The position numbers and the translations under genes are program-made. From a virus: a stretch of 64,000 bases of DNA. Positions 1 through 8,292 of the stretch are shown piece by piece. The stretch covers positions 35,883-99,882 of IMG/VR virus record IMGVR_UViG_3300030419_003648. One strand, given 5' to 3'. How positions within the stretch are numbered: position 1 is the stretch's first letter; each line of letters starts with the position of its first letter. The notes under the pieces were generated by a model. That model ran no database searches and was not told the origin of the DNA. It was given only the letters and a program-made list of their open reading frames with translations.

Positions 1-1
1 C

Positions 2-151
2 AGCGACTTGTTTGGTCACAAAGAGGGCAGAGGTGTCACTGTCATGACTCAGGCCGCATCTGAAGTTGCGGATGATTCTCGAAAAGGCAGAATTAATGTC
101 TCTAAAAAACACCAACAAGCAATACACATCATAAACCCAGATAAAAAGTAA
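2..151 (+). CDS. hypothetical phage protein, 3' end only (5'-truncated)
   Basis: Frame 2 is open from the window edge (SDLFGHKEGRGVTVMTQAASEVADD...NPDKK) to TAA 149-151, which overlaps the next ATG (TAATG). Confidence 0.6.
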   Translation, partial: SDLFGHKEGRGVTVMTQAASEVADDSRKGRINVSKKHQQAIHIINPDKK

Positions 152-633
152 TGACGGTATTTGTATCAAAGGAATATGATTCGTATGTAAATATATACGC
201 TGATAACAATCCGATTTGGATTGCTACGCTTTCTAATGGTGATACAGTCTATCAAGACGATGGAAGACCAGAAGTAGAACCGGAAAGCGCTTGGGCTAGA
301 TTAAAAATTTACTGCGAAGAAAACAGTCTTCATATAACAAACATTAAAGTTAAAAATAGGTCACATTTAGAAGACGTTGGTTCAGACTATGATGGCTATT
401 TTTTCTGCAAGGGTGTAGGCGCTGTGATGTTTGGTGATTTCACCTTACACACTTTTAACATTGGAATTATTGAAAATGGAAAACTCAGGGTTAGAACTTG
501 GAGACTCCCTGAACTTATTCCAGAAAGATTTGAAGATAGAGAGCTAGAAGGTTCTCATGAATTTATTATTGCCAAAGAGGGTGTTTTAGATGGACAAAAA
601 TTACAAGCATCAGACGACGGGTCAAGAATGTAA
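151..633 (+). CDS. hypothetical protein
   Basis: 160 aa ORF, coupled to its neighbours; no recognised motif. Confidence 0.7.
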   Translation: MTVFVSKEYDSYVNIYADNNPIWIATLSNGDTVYQDDGRPEVEPESAWARLKIYCEENSLHITNIKVKNRSHLEDVGSDYDGYFFCKGVGAVMFGDFTLHTFNIGIIENGKLRVRTWRLPELIPERFEDRELEGSHEFIIAKEGVLDGQKLQASDDGSRM

Positions 634-1015
634 TGCGGCTCAATTCATAGCCGAAATGGTTTCTATAAGAAAAGCTGAAGTCGAGAACGTAGGAAGACCA
701 GCTTACGCTTTATGGAATACCAAAAAGTGGAAAAACTATTTTAAAAGCCAAGTCACTATGGCTTATAAACTTCTGAAAAAGTATAGCGACAAAGCTATCA
801 TCAATGCGCTTAATACTTACAAATGTCGAAGGGTCTATTCTTTGCGCGTTGCATTTCTTGAACCTGTTATAAAACAGGAACAGAAGAAGTTAGATAATAT
901 CAATAGCCTAGAAATAAAAGAAAAAGAATACAAAGACTCTACCAAGTCTGCTCCAGCAAAACCTTTTGGTAAGCAAGGAAGGTTTTCAAGATTAAGGAAT
1001 TTAGAAGATGAATAA
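590..1015 (+). CDS. hypothetical basic protein
   Basis: 141 aa Lys-rich ORF with an upstream GAGGG; overlaps recA. Confidence 0.7.
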   Translation: MDKNYKHQTTGQECNAAQFIAEMVSIRKAEVENVGRPAYALWNTKKWKNYFKSQVTMAYKLLKKYSDKAIINALNTYKCRRVYSLRVAFLEPVIKQEQKKLDNINSLEIKEKEYKDSTKSAPAKPFGKQGRFSRLRNLEDE

Positions 1016-2075
1016 TGCAGTATTAAAAAACATAAGCAAGAAGTATGGAAACATTTTGGTTAATGGCGCTGAGGTTTTTGAAGAACTGCGCGACATGCAA
1101 GTCATTCCGGTAAGTCCGTCACTAGACTATGCTCTAGGAGGGGGTTTCCGTGAGGGAACTTGGGTTCAAATGATTGGCGATCCAAAGTCTGGTAAAACTA
1201 CAACAGCGCTTCAATTTGCTGCGAACTGTCAAAAAAAGGAATATGGTGAAAGACCGATATTCTATGTCAATGTTGAAGGCAGATTGAGTACAAAAAACTT
1301 TGAAGGTGTTCATGGTTTAGATGCTAGTAAAATTACGGTTGTTCAATCTGAAGGAGAGCCTCTAAGTGCTGAGCAATATTTAGGAGCTGTAGAAAAATTA
1401 GTCAAAGCTCATCCAAAATGTGTTGTAATTATTGATTCAATATCTAGCTTGATAGCTCAAAAAGATTTAGACGAAGAAGTAAGAGGCGACTATAGGCCGG
1501 GAGTTCCTAAGATACTTTCTAATTTCTGTAAGAAGATGAGCAGTGTAGTTCCTAAGCAAAGGGCTGTAGTGATAATGATCACTCACTTTATTGCTAACAC
1601 TGGAGGAATGGGCAAGAAGAAAGTTGCAGATGGAGGCGTAAAGGTTCGCTATCAAGCAGACACTATTTTAGAGATTGCTTGGATTCAAGCGTGGAAAGAA
1701 AAAACTGACGGCAGGCAGATCGGACAGGCTTTGCATTGGAAAGTTGTCACTTCTGCTTTGGGTGGCTTTGTAGGCGCTGAGGCTATTGGCTGGCTTCGTT
1801 ATGGAATTGGTATTGATTACAAGCAAGAACTTTTTGACCAAGCAAATGACTTTGATTTAATCTCTGCTGCTGGAGCTTGGTATACTTGCGACTTTTTACT
1901 GGACAATACAAAGCCCATCAAAAAACTTTTGGAGGCAGAAGGTATAGACCCAGAAGACGAAGAGAAGCTTGCAAAGTTCGTTAAGTTTCAAGGACAACAA
2001 CGACTAAAAGACTTCTTAGACCAAAACGATCTTTGGCCTGCATTACAAGAGTCTTTGAAGGAGATGTTGTTTTGA
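1008..2075 (+). CDS. recA: RecA/UvsX-like recombinase
   Basis: SLDYALGGG, Walker A GDPKSGKTT, catalytic Glu in VNVEG, Walker B VVIIDSISSL, GAWY C-terminal motif. Confidence 0.92.
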   Translation: MNNAVLKNISKKYGNILVNGAEVFEELRDMQVIPVSPSLDYALGGGFREGTWVQMIGDPKSGKTTTALQFAANCQKKEYGERPIFYVNVEGRLSTKNFEGVHGLDASKITVVQSEGEPLSAEQYLGAVEKLVKAHPKCVVIIDSISSLIAQKDLDEEVRGDYRPGVPKILSNFCKKMSSVVPKQRAVVIMITHFIANTGGMGKKKVADGGVKVRYQADTILEIAWIQAWKEKTDGRQIGQALHWKVVTSALGGFVGAEAIGWLRYGIGIDYKQELFDQANDFDLISAAGAWYTCDFLLDNTKPIKKLLEAEGIDPEDEEKLAKFVKFQGQQRLKDFLDQNDLWPALQESLKEMLF

Positions 2076-2494
2076 AGGCGTTAGGTTTTGATGGCCGTGA
2101 AAGAAATTGGAACCTGACAAAATGTGTTGTTATGGGGGATCAAAAAAGACCTCGAAGTAAATTGCATATTTTGGCAAGAAAGTTACTCCGTGAACAGTTT
2201 CCTTATGATACAATTCTTGAGGAAGTTCCACTTCCCGGCTCTCACAAGCCATCTAGGAAATCTACTTTGTATGTGGATTTTTTTGTACCTTCCTACTCTC
2301 TAGCCGTAGAGGTTCATGGTAGGCAGCATTTTGAGTTCGTCGCTCACTTTCATGGCAACAAGCAAGGATTCAGAAAATCCAAAGCTAGAGATCGTGACAA
2401 ATCAAATTGGCTCAAAAACAATGACATAGACTTAATCGTTCTAAGTTATTCAGGAACTGAAGATGAATGGAGAGAATCAATTATCAATAGATAA
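2072..2494 (+). CDS. DUF559/Vsr-like PD-(D/E)xK endonuclease
   Basis: LYVDFFVP..LAVEVHGRQHF and RDRDKSNWL motifs. Start set to TTG 2072 (TTGA overlap, AAGGAG upstream). Confidence 0.75.
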   Translation: MKALGFDGRERNWNLTKCVVMGDQKRPRSKLHILARKLLREQFPYDTILEEVPLPGSHKPSRKSTLYVDFFVPSYSLAVEVHGRQHFEFVAHFHGNKQGFRKSKARDRDKSNWLKNNDIDLIVLSYSGTEDEWRESIINR

Positions 2495-2942
2495 GCTGGA
2501 AGAGTTTATTCAAAACATTGATAATTACATGTCGGACGTTATTTCCGTAGAACCAAACCCAGAGGTAGAAAAGATATTAAACTTATCTTCCTTTGAATTG
2601 AAGAGTTTGACTTCGGAAGAATGTTGCGAAAAAGCATATGCGATATTCAATTACTGCAACTTCTTACAGAAGAAGCATAACAAAGAATTAGCTAGGCTTA
2701 AATGGTGTAATGAATTTATATCACATGTAGTTGCAAGCAAATCTCATCACTTTGATAAATTCACGAAATGGGAAGTCAAAGTAAACTGTGTAATAAGAGA
2801 AGATGAACTTACACAGAAGGTTTGGAGAGTAAAGCGAATAGTTGAAGGCAATGTTACAGCCTCCACAGACATCATTAGAGATGTCAGAAGACAGGCCGAT
2901 ACATTGCTTGAATTGAGTAGGAAGAAATATAGTAGAGGATAA
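2463..2942 (+). CDS. helical protein, possibly a UvsY-like recombination mediator
   Basis: 159 aa, predicted all-helical, located between recA and dnaB; function inferred from size and context only. Confidence 0.4.
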   Translation: MNGENQLSIDKLEEFIQNIDNYMSDVISVEPNPEVEKILNLSSFELKSLTSEECCEKAYAIFNYCNFLQKKHNKELARLKWCNEFISHVVASKSHHFDKFTKWEVKVNCVIREDELTQKVWRVKRIVEGNVTASTDIIRDVRRQADTLLELSRKKYSRG

Positions 2943-2943
2943 A

Positions 2944-3402
2944 ATGTCACCACTAGAACTTATAAAAAATGGAATTTTAGAAAATGATTTTCAAAAAGTT
3001 ATTCAAGGCTATGAAGCCCTCACAGGAGAAGACCTCTCTTCAATCAGAGGAGAAGATCCAACAACCTCAAGAGAAGAAAGCACCAGCGACCAATCAGAGG
3101 AAGTGCGGAGGCCACAAGTGCCGGTGCGGTCGTCGGAGTTAGACTTCACAGTCCAAAGAGATGAACTCCCGAATGGAAAGTTTGGAAGAAAAGAATCAAT
3201 ACAAGTAGGCGCAAATCAATTTGTGGATGATGGATCTGAGTCGCAGGGAAAAGAGTTTGATACTCCAAAAGTTGAACCAACCCCAAGACGAAGCCCAGTA
3301 AAAATGATAGAAGTTGTTTGCAACGCATGTGGAGCTAAGGAAGAGATAAATCCAAAATATAAAACTGGTAGCTATCATCGTTGCGGGAAGTGTGTAGGTT
3401 AA
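2944..3402 (+). CDS. hypothetical protein with C-terminal Zn ribbon
   Basis: CNACG...CGKC at the C-terminus; AGAGGA Shine-Dalgarno. Confidence 0.7.
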   Translation: MSPLELIKNGILENDFQKVIQGYEALTGEDLSSIRGEDPTTSREESTSDQSEEVRRPQVPVRSSELDFTVQRDELPNGKFGRKESIQVGANQFVDDGSESQGKEFDTPKVEPTPRRSPVKMIEVVCNACGAKEEINPKYKTGSYHRCGKCVG

Positions 3403-4880
3403 TGGAAAATTTAAAAGATTTAGTAGCAGAAAAGTCTGTTTTGGCTGGAGTAATTCAGCACGGCGAAGAAGTATATTACGATATAAAACATGTTGTTAAG
3501 GTGTCATCTTTTACAGAAGAAGATAATATCGTATTGTGGACAACGCTGGAGAGGTTATTTGATTCATCTGAGTCAGTTGACTATCCAACCCTGTGTACAA
3601 ATGCCCCATCTCTTGAGATGTTTAGCAAGTATATACCGAAGGAAAAGTACAACAAACTACGGAATACGGAAATAAGCCTTAAGAACACAAAGCTGGCAGC
3701 GGCTAGAGTTTTTAAGTTTGAAGCCGCTAGAGAAGCATACGCTGCCACTGTTGAAATGCAAAGAAAGCTAAAATCTATTGAGGGAAAAGAATCTGTCAGT
3801 GAAATAGTTGGACTTGTTGAGCGTGAAGCTTTTTCAATTTCCGATAAGCTCGATGACAAACTAGATTCAAAGCCAGAGCTAATTGGTGATGATGTTATGG
3901 AACATATCCAGCATCTAAGAGACAATCCATCTGAAATGATTGGCATTAGTAGTGGCTTCACTAGATTTGATGATGCTATTGGCGGTGGTTTTCGCAGCGG
4001 TAATGTTGATTTAATAGCCGCAAGAACAAAAGTTGGTAAGAGTATGTTTGCTGACGCAGTAGCTCTGCATGTAGCTGGAGTGCTAAAAATACCAGTATTG
4101 TACTTAGATACTGAGATGCAGAAAAAAGACCACCAAAGAAGAATGCTTGCAAGCTTGAGTAACATTAAAACTAAGGATATTGAAACCTCCAAGTTTAATG
4201 AGTCTCAAGGTATGAATGAAAGAATTGATAAAGCAGGTCTCAAGATAAAGGACATGCCTTATCACTTTAAGAATATTGCCGGAAAAAAGTTTGAAGAAAC
4301 AGAGTCTTTGATAAGAAGATGGATCATCAAAGATGTCGGCTTTAACGAACAAGGTGAAACAAATCCTTGTTTAGTTATATACGATTACTTCAAGCTCACC
4401 ACTTCTTCAGACATGGACAACCTAAAAGAGTTTCAAGCTCTTGGCTACCAAATGCAAGACATGGTTAATCTTACGATTGAATACAATTTCCCTTGCTTGA
4501 GTTTTGTTCAAACTAATAGAGATGGCGAGACTAAAGAAACTCTAGAGACTATCAGTCAGTCAGATAGGCTCTCATGGTTTGCGAGTAGTATTACGATCTT
4601 CAAGAAAAAATCATCTGATGAAATGGCTGAAGATGCAGGTGCTAGTGGGAATAGAAAGTTAATACCAGTTGCTTCAAGGTATGGTGGTGGACTGGAAGAC
4701 TTTGATTATATCAATGTAAATCTTTTTGGAGACTACTCTAGAGTTGAAGAGGGGCTGACTAAAAATGAACTAGTCCTAGCCTCTAAAAAACAAAAAGAGG
4801 GATTTGAAAATACAGTTGGCGATGAACAACAAGAGTTCAAGCCAGAAAAAGAAATTGAAGATGAAGGAAAACCATTTTGA
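3402..4880 (+). CDS. dnaB: replicative DNA helicase DnaB
   Basis: GISSGF..FD..IGG, Walker A AARTKVGKS, LDTEM, VIYDY, FVQTNR; TAATG overlap at 3400-3404. Confidence 0.92.
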   Translation: MENLKDLVAEKSVLAGVIQHGEEVYYDIKHVVKVSSFTEEDNIVLWTTLERLFDSSESVDYPTLCTNAPSLEMFSKYIPKEKYNKLRNTEISLKNTKLAAARVFKFEAAREAYAATVEMQRKLKSIEGKESVSEIVGLVEREAFSISDKLDDKLDSKPELIGDDVMEHIQHLRDNPSEMIGISSGFTRFDDAIGGGFRSGNVDLIAARTKVGKSMFADAVALHVAGVLKIPVLYLDTEMQKKDHQRRMLASLSNIKTKDIETSKFNESQGMNERIDKAGLKIKDMPYHFKNIAGKKFEETESLIRRWIIKDVGFNEQGETNPCLVIYDYFKLTTSSDMDNLKEFQALGYQMQDMVNLTIEYNFPCLSFVQTNRDGETKETLETISQSDRLSWFASSITIFKKKSSDEMAEDAGASGNRKLIPVASRYGGGLEDFDYINVNLFGDYSRVEEGLTKNELVLASKKQKEGFENTVGDEQQEFKPEKEIEDEGKPF

Positions 4881-5956
4881 TGGCAAAAAAGAGAACTAAC
4901 GAACAGTTAAAAAGACTGTCTGACGAATTAGCTCTTAAACCGGAAAAGTTGCACCCTATTGGAATATTCATCTCTGAGACTGGGCATTTGCCCTGCCCAA
5001 TTCATGGAGGTGATAATCCTCAAGGTTGTTCAGTGGTTCTAGATCCAGACAGTCCTTACTTTGGCACTTACACCTGCTGGACTGGAAACAAAGAAACTGG
5101 TCGCAAGTGCCACGAAGTTTATAGAAACTCAATGATTGGCTTGGTCAGAGGGAAATTGTCATATGATGCTGGTCATGATGTTGGGTTCAACAAAGCCTTT
5201 GAAGTGTGCTTGAAACTTGTAGACTTGGACGAAGACTACCTAAGAAAAAATGCAACTAAGTTCAAAGCTCTTAGCGAACAAGAAAAGATTGACAGGATAA
5301 AAGAAAAAAAAGAAGAAAGGCTCAAACAAGCAAATCATAGAGAGCTGGTCAGAAAGAGCTTGAAGATGCCTTCAAAATATTTTGTTGACAGAGGGTACTC
5401 AGAAAAGGTCTTAGACTATTTCGACATAGGGACATCTAATCATCCTAAAAGCACCATGAAAGGACGCTCGATTGTGCCTGTGTATGACGACGATGAACCT
5501 TTGATGGTAGGTTTTTTAGGAAGATGGAATGGTGATGATTATGACGAAAGAGGAGTTCCAAAATGGAAAAACAATTATGGATTTGCTAAGAGTCAATATC
5601 TTTATGGGTTTTATCAGAACAAAGAAGATATAGTAAGAACAAAGACGGTAGTTTTAGTCGAGGGGCAAGGCGACGTATGGAGGTTATGGGAAGCTGGTAT
5701 CAGAAATGCAGTTGGGCTGTTTGGAACTAGCTTATCAGCCGCTCAGTTATTCACATTAAGAACTGCATGTATAGTTAACCTAGTCGTTATACTTGATAAT
5801 GATCCGGCAGGAATCATCGCTAGAGAAAAAATCAACACAACCTGTAGTAACATATTCAATATCATCAATATTGAAACAAGTAGTAACGATGTTGGCGATA
5901 TGACAATCCAAGAAATTAATGAACAAATAAAACCCAATCTTGAAGGACTCATTTAA
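4880..5956 (+). CDS. dnaG: DNA primase DnaG
   Basis: CPIH...C...C Zn finger; YFVDRG; TOPRIM motifs VEGQGD and LDNDPAG. Confidence 0.9.
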   Translation: MAKKRTNEQLKRLSDELALKPEKLHPIGIFISETGHLPCPIHGGDNPQGCSVVLDPDSPYFGTYTCWTGNKETGRKCHEVYRNSMIGLVRGKLSYDAGHDVGFNKAFEVCLKLVDLDEDYLRKNATKFKALSEQEKIDRIKEKKEERLKQANHRELVRKSLKMPSKYFVDRGYSEKVLDYFDIGTSNHPKSTMKGRSIVPVYDDDEPLMVGFLGRWNGDDYDERGVPKWKNNYGFAKSQYLYGFYQNKEDIVRTKTVVLVEGQGDVWRLWEAGIRNAVGLFGTSLSAAQLFTLRTACIVNLVVILDNDPAGIIAREKINTTCSNIFNIINIETSSNDVGDMTIQEINEQIKPNLEGLI

Positions 5957-6714
5957 TGACTAATATACTTGGACTATCTGGTCATAAACAAAGCGGCAAA
6001 AGCACATGTGCTAAATTTTTACATGGCTACCAACTACGATTCAACGATGTAGTTGAAAAATTCTTAATGGACGAAGATGGAAATTTAATAGTCAATGCTA
6101 CCCAATTAAATGAACGAGGAGAAGAAGTAGAAGGCTTTGGATTCTTGGATGTTGAGCGTAGAGATGAAGAATTTATTGAGTATGCTAGTCGAACTGTTTG
6201 GCCTTTTGTTCGCTCTTTCAGTTTTGCTGATCCTCTGAAATCAATCTCAATACAATTATTTGGATTGTCAGATGAACAATGCTTTGGTTCTGATGAGGAC
6301 AAAAACACACCCATTAATGTTAAGTGGGAAAACATGCCGGACGCAGGAGATAAGTCTGGGTTTATGACCGCTAGAGAATTTTTACAGTATTTTGGTACTG
6401 ATATTTGCCGAAAAATAAAAGATGACATCTGGACAAGTTCTTGCATCCGTAGGATACTTTCCAGTGGGACTGATCTAGCAATAATACCTGATGTCAGATT
6501 TCCAAACGAAGTGGAAGAAATTCAAAAGGCTGGCGGCAAAGTAATCAGGTTAACACGGAAGCCACACGAAGATTGTCACCCCAGCGAGACAGCTCTGGAT
6601 GACTATGACGGTTTTGACCGTGTTATAAACAACGAAGAATTAGATATTGACCAGACTAACATAGAATTGATGAACGTGCTAAGGGAGTGGCAATGGCTAC
6701 AAACAAAATCGTAA
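5956..6714 (+). CDS. deoxynucleoside monophosphate kinase (T4 gp1-like)
   Basis: GLSGHKQSGKST, SFADPLK, REFLQYFGTD, IPDVRFPNE, HPSE. Confidence 0.88.
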   Translation: MTNILGLSGHKQSGKSTCAKFLHGYQLRFNDVVEKFLMDEDGNLIVNATQLNERGEEVEGFGFLDVERRDEEFIEYASRTVWPFVRSFSFADPLKSISIQLFGLSDEQCFGSDEDKNTPINVKWENMPDAGDKSGFMTAREFLQYFGTDICRKIKDDIWTSSCIRRILSSGTDLAIIPDVRFPNEVEEIQKAGGKVIRLTRKPHEDCHPSETALDDYDGFDRVINNEELDIDQTNIELMNVLREWQWLQTKS

Positions 6715-7298
6715 GAATAGACTGGGATGACAGAATGGTAACTCGCGCCCAGAATAAAGCCAAAAAACTAGGCAAAATAAAGAATTCAATCCTGAGAGGT
6801 GGTGGCAATGCCGCTGGATACTTAGGGGAAGAAGCTGTCGCGTCCTACATCGGGGCAAATATCACTAGCTGTGACAAAGGATCGGATAAATACGATTACG
6901 ATATTGTTGCTAGAGATGGCCGTAGGATAGAAATCAAAACTAAAAGAAGAACTGTTTCTTGTATTGATGGCGATGGAAATGATCGAGGCAACTACGAAGT
7001 GTCAGTTGCCAAGACTAGCGTTCATCAAAGACCAGACCTATACATTTTCGTTAATATTCATTTTGAATTAATCGAATACAACTTCGTTAATGGTCGAAAA
7101 GTGAAGCAGTACAAGAAGATTAAAAACATTGAAATACTAGGTCAGATGGAGCCGGAAGATTATTTCGCTGAGGCTTGGCTAGTACAAAAAGGCGATCATG
7201 ACCCTAGCAATGATTTTACAGCGCACGCAGATATGTACAATCTCTATATAAAAGATTTGGAACCGTTAGATGATAGTTTGTTACCACAGGAGCAGTAG
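6693..7298 (+). CDS. putative PD-(D/E)xK restriction-like nuclease
   Basis: GYLGEEAV...YDYDIV..DGRRIEIKTK motif; AGGGAG Shine-Dalgarno before ATG 6693. Confidence 0.6.
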   Translation: MATNKIVRIDWDDRMVTRAQNKAKKLGKIKNSILRGGGNAAGYLGEEAVASYIGANITSCDKGSDKYDYDIVARDGRRIEIKTKRRTVSCIDGDGNDRGNYEVSVAKTSVHQRPDLYIFVNIHFELIEYNFVNGRKVKQYKKIKNIEILGQMEPEDYFAEAWLVQKGDHDPSNDFTAHADMYNLYIKDLEPLDDSLLPQEQ

Positions 7299-8292
7299 TC
7301 TTGGAACATTAGAGTTCTGTCAGCAAAAATACTTTTTGCAGTATAACCTTTCGTTCAAAGATAAGACCAATCCAAAAGCCTTAATGGGTACGATTACCCA
7401 TAAGGTGATGCAGACTCTTGGAGACAAGAAAGTTGCAATGAACAAAGGTCTTGACATCGTAGAAGACGAAGAAACAGGAAGGAACCTAACGCTAGAAGAA
7501 TGTGACGATCTTGAACTTCTCAACAACATAGCGTTTGACTATTACACTAACGCCTTTCCAGAAGTAAAGATTGGTGACAAAGAAAGAAGGCAATGTCTTC
7601 GCTGGGCTGAAAAAGCGATAGCTTTTAAAGACGGAATGCTAGACCCTAGAAACCAAGATGTATTTGCTACTGAACTCTTTTTTGACATCGAGATAAAGAA
7701 GCCTTGGGCTAAATACAAATATGAGTTTGAAGATCAAACAATCGAAGGCTATTTATCTATTAAGGGAACTGTTGACCTTATATTAGATCAGGGCAATGGC
7801 TTCTTTGAAATACTTGATTATAAAACTGGAAGACGTTTGGATTGGGCTACCGGAGAAGAAAAGACTTACGAAAAGCTACAAAAAGATAAACAGCTTTTGC
7901 TTTATTATTACGCTCTGAAGAATATGTATCCTGACAAAGAATTTTCAGTAAGTATATATTATATCAACGACGGTGGATTATTTTCTATGGTCTTTGACGA
8001 AGAAGACTATGAGGATGCGGAAGAGATACTTCGTAAAAAATTTGAACAAATAAGAAGTATACAACAACCAAGACTACTATCAAATGAACATACTCACTGG
8101 AAGTGTCAAAAGCTATGCCTGTTTAGCAGTGAGTATGAGGATAGCGGAAAAAGTATATGTCAGCATATACGAGACGAAGTTAAAGAAAAGGGTGTAGTCA
8201 AAGTAGTTGAAGAATATGGCAAAATTGACAAGATCGCCACGTATGGAGATGGCGGCGGAAGATTGGCAGACGATAGCGATAGCAAAAAATGA
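7270..8292 (+). CDS. Cas4/RecB-like PD-(D/E)xK exonuclease, probable Fe-S cluster
   Basis: SSS..FC..KY, GTITH, KGTVDL, ILDYKTG, QLLLY, C-terminal CxxxC...C. Confidence 0.85.
   Translation: MIVCYHRSSSLGTLEFCQQKYFLQYNLSFKDKTNPKALMGTITHKVMQTLGDKKVAMNKGLDIVEDEETGRNLTLEECDDLELLNNIAFDYYTNAFPEVKIGDKERRQCLRWAEKAIAFKDGMLDPRNQDVFATELFFDIEIKKPWAKYKYEFEDQTIEGYLSIKGTVDLILDQGNGFFEILDYKTGRRLDWATGEEKTYEKLQKDKQLLLYYYALKNMYPDKEFSVSIYYINDGGLFSMVFDEEDYEDAEEILRKKFEQIRSIQQPRLLSNEHTHWKCQKLCLFSSEYEDSGKSICQHIRDEVKEKGVVKVVEEYGKIDKIATYGDGGGRLADDSDSKK

Noticed and set aside
3581-4192. Long antisense ORFs (also 12075-12635, 45537-46025, 60072-60479 and others)
   Set aside because: They are shadow frames of well-supported genes on the opposite strand, with no motifs of their own.
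7270-8292. CRISPR-Cas system suggested by the Cas4-like gene
   Set aside because: No repeat-spacer array or other cas genes seen; solo Cas4-like exonucleases are common in phage replication modules.
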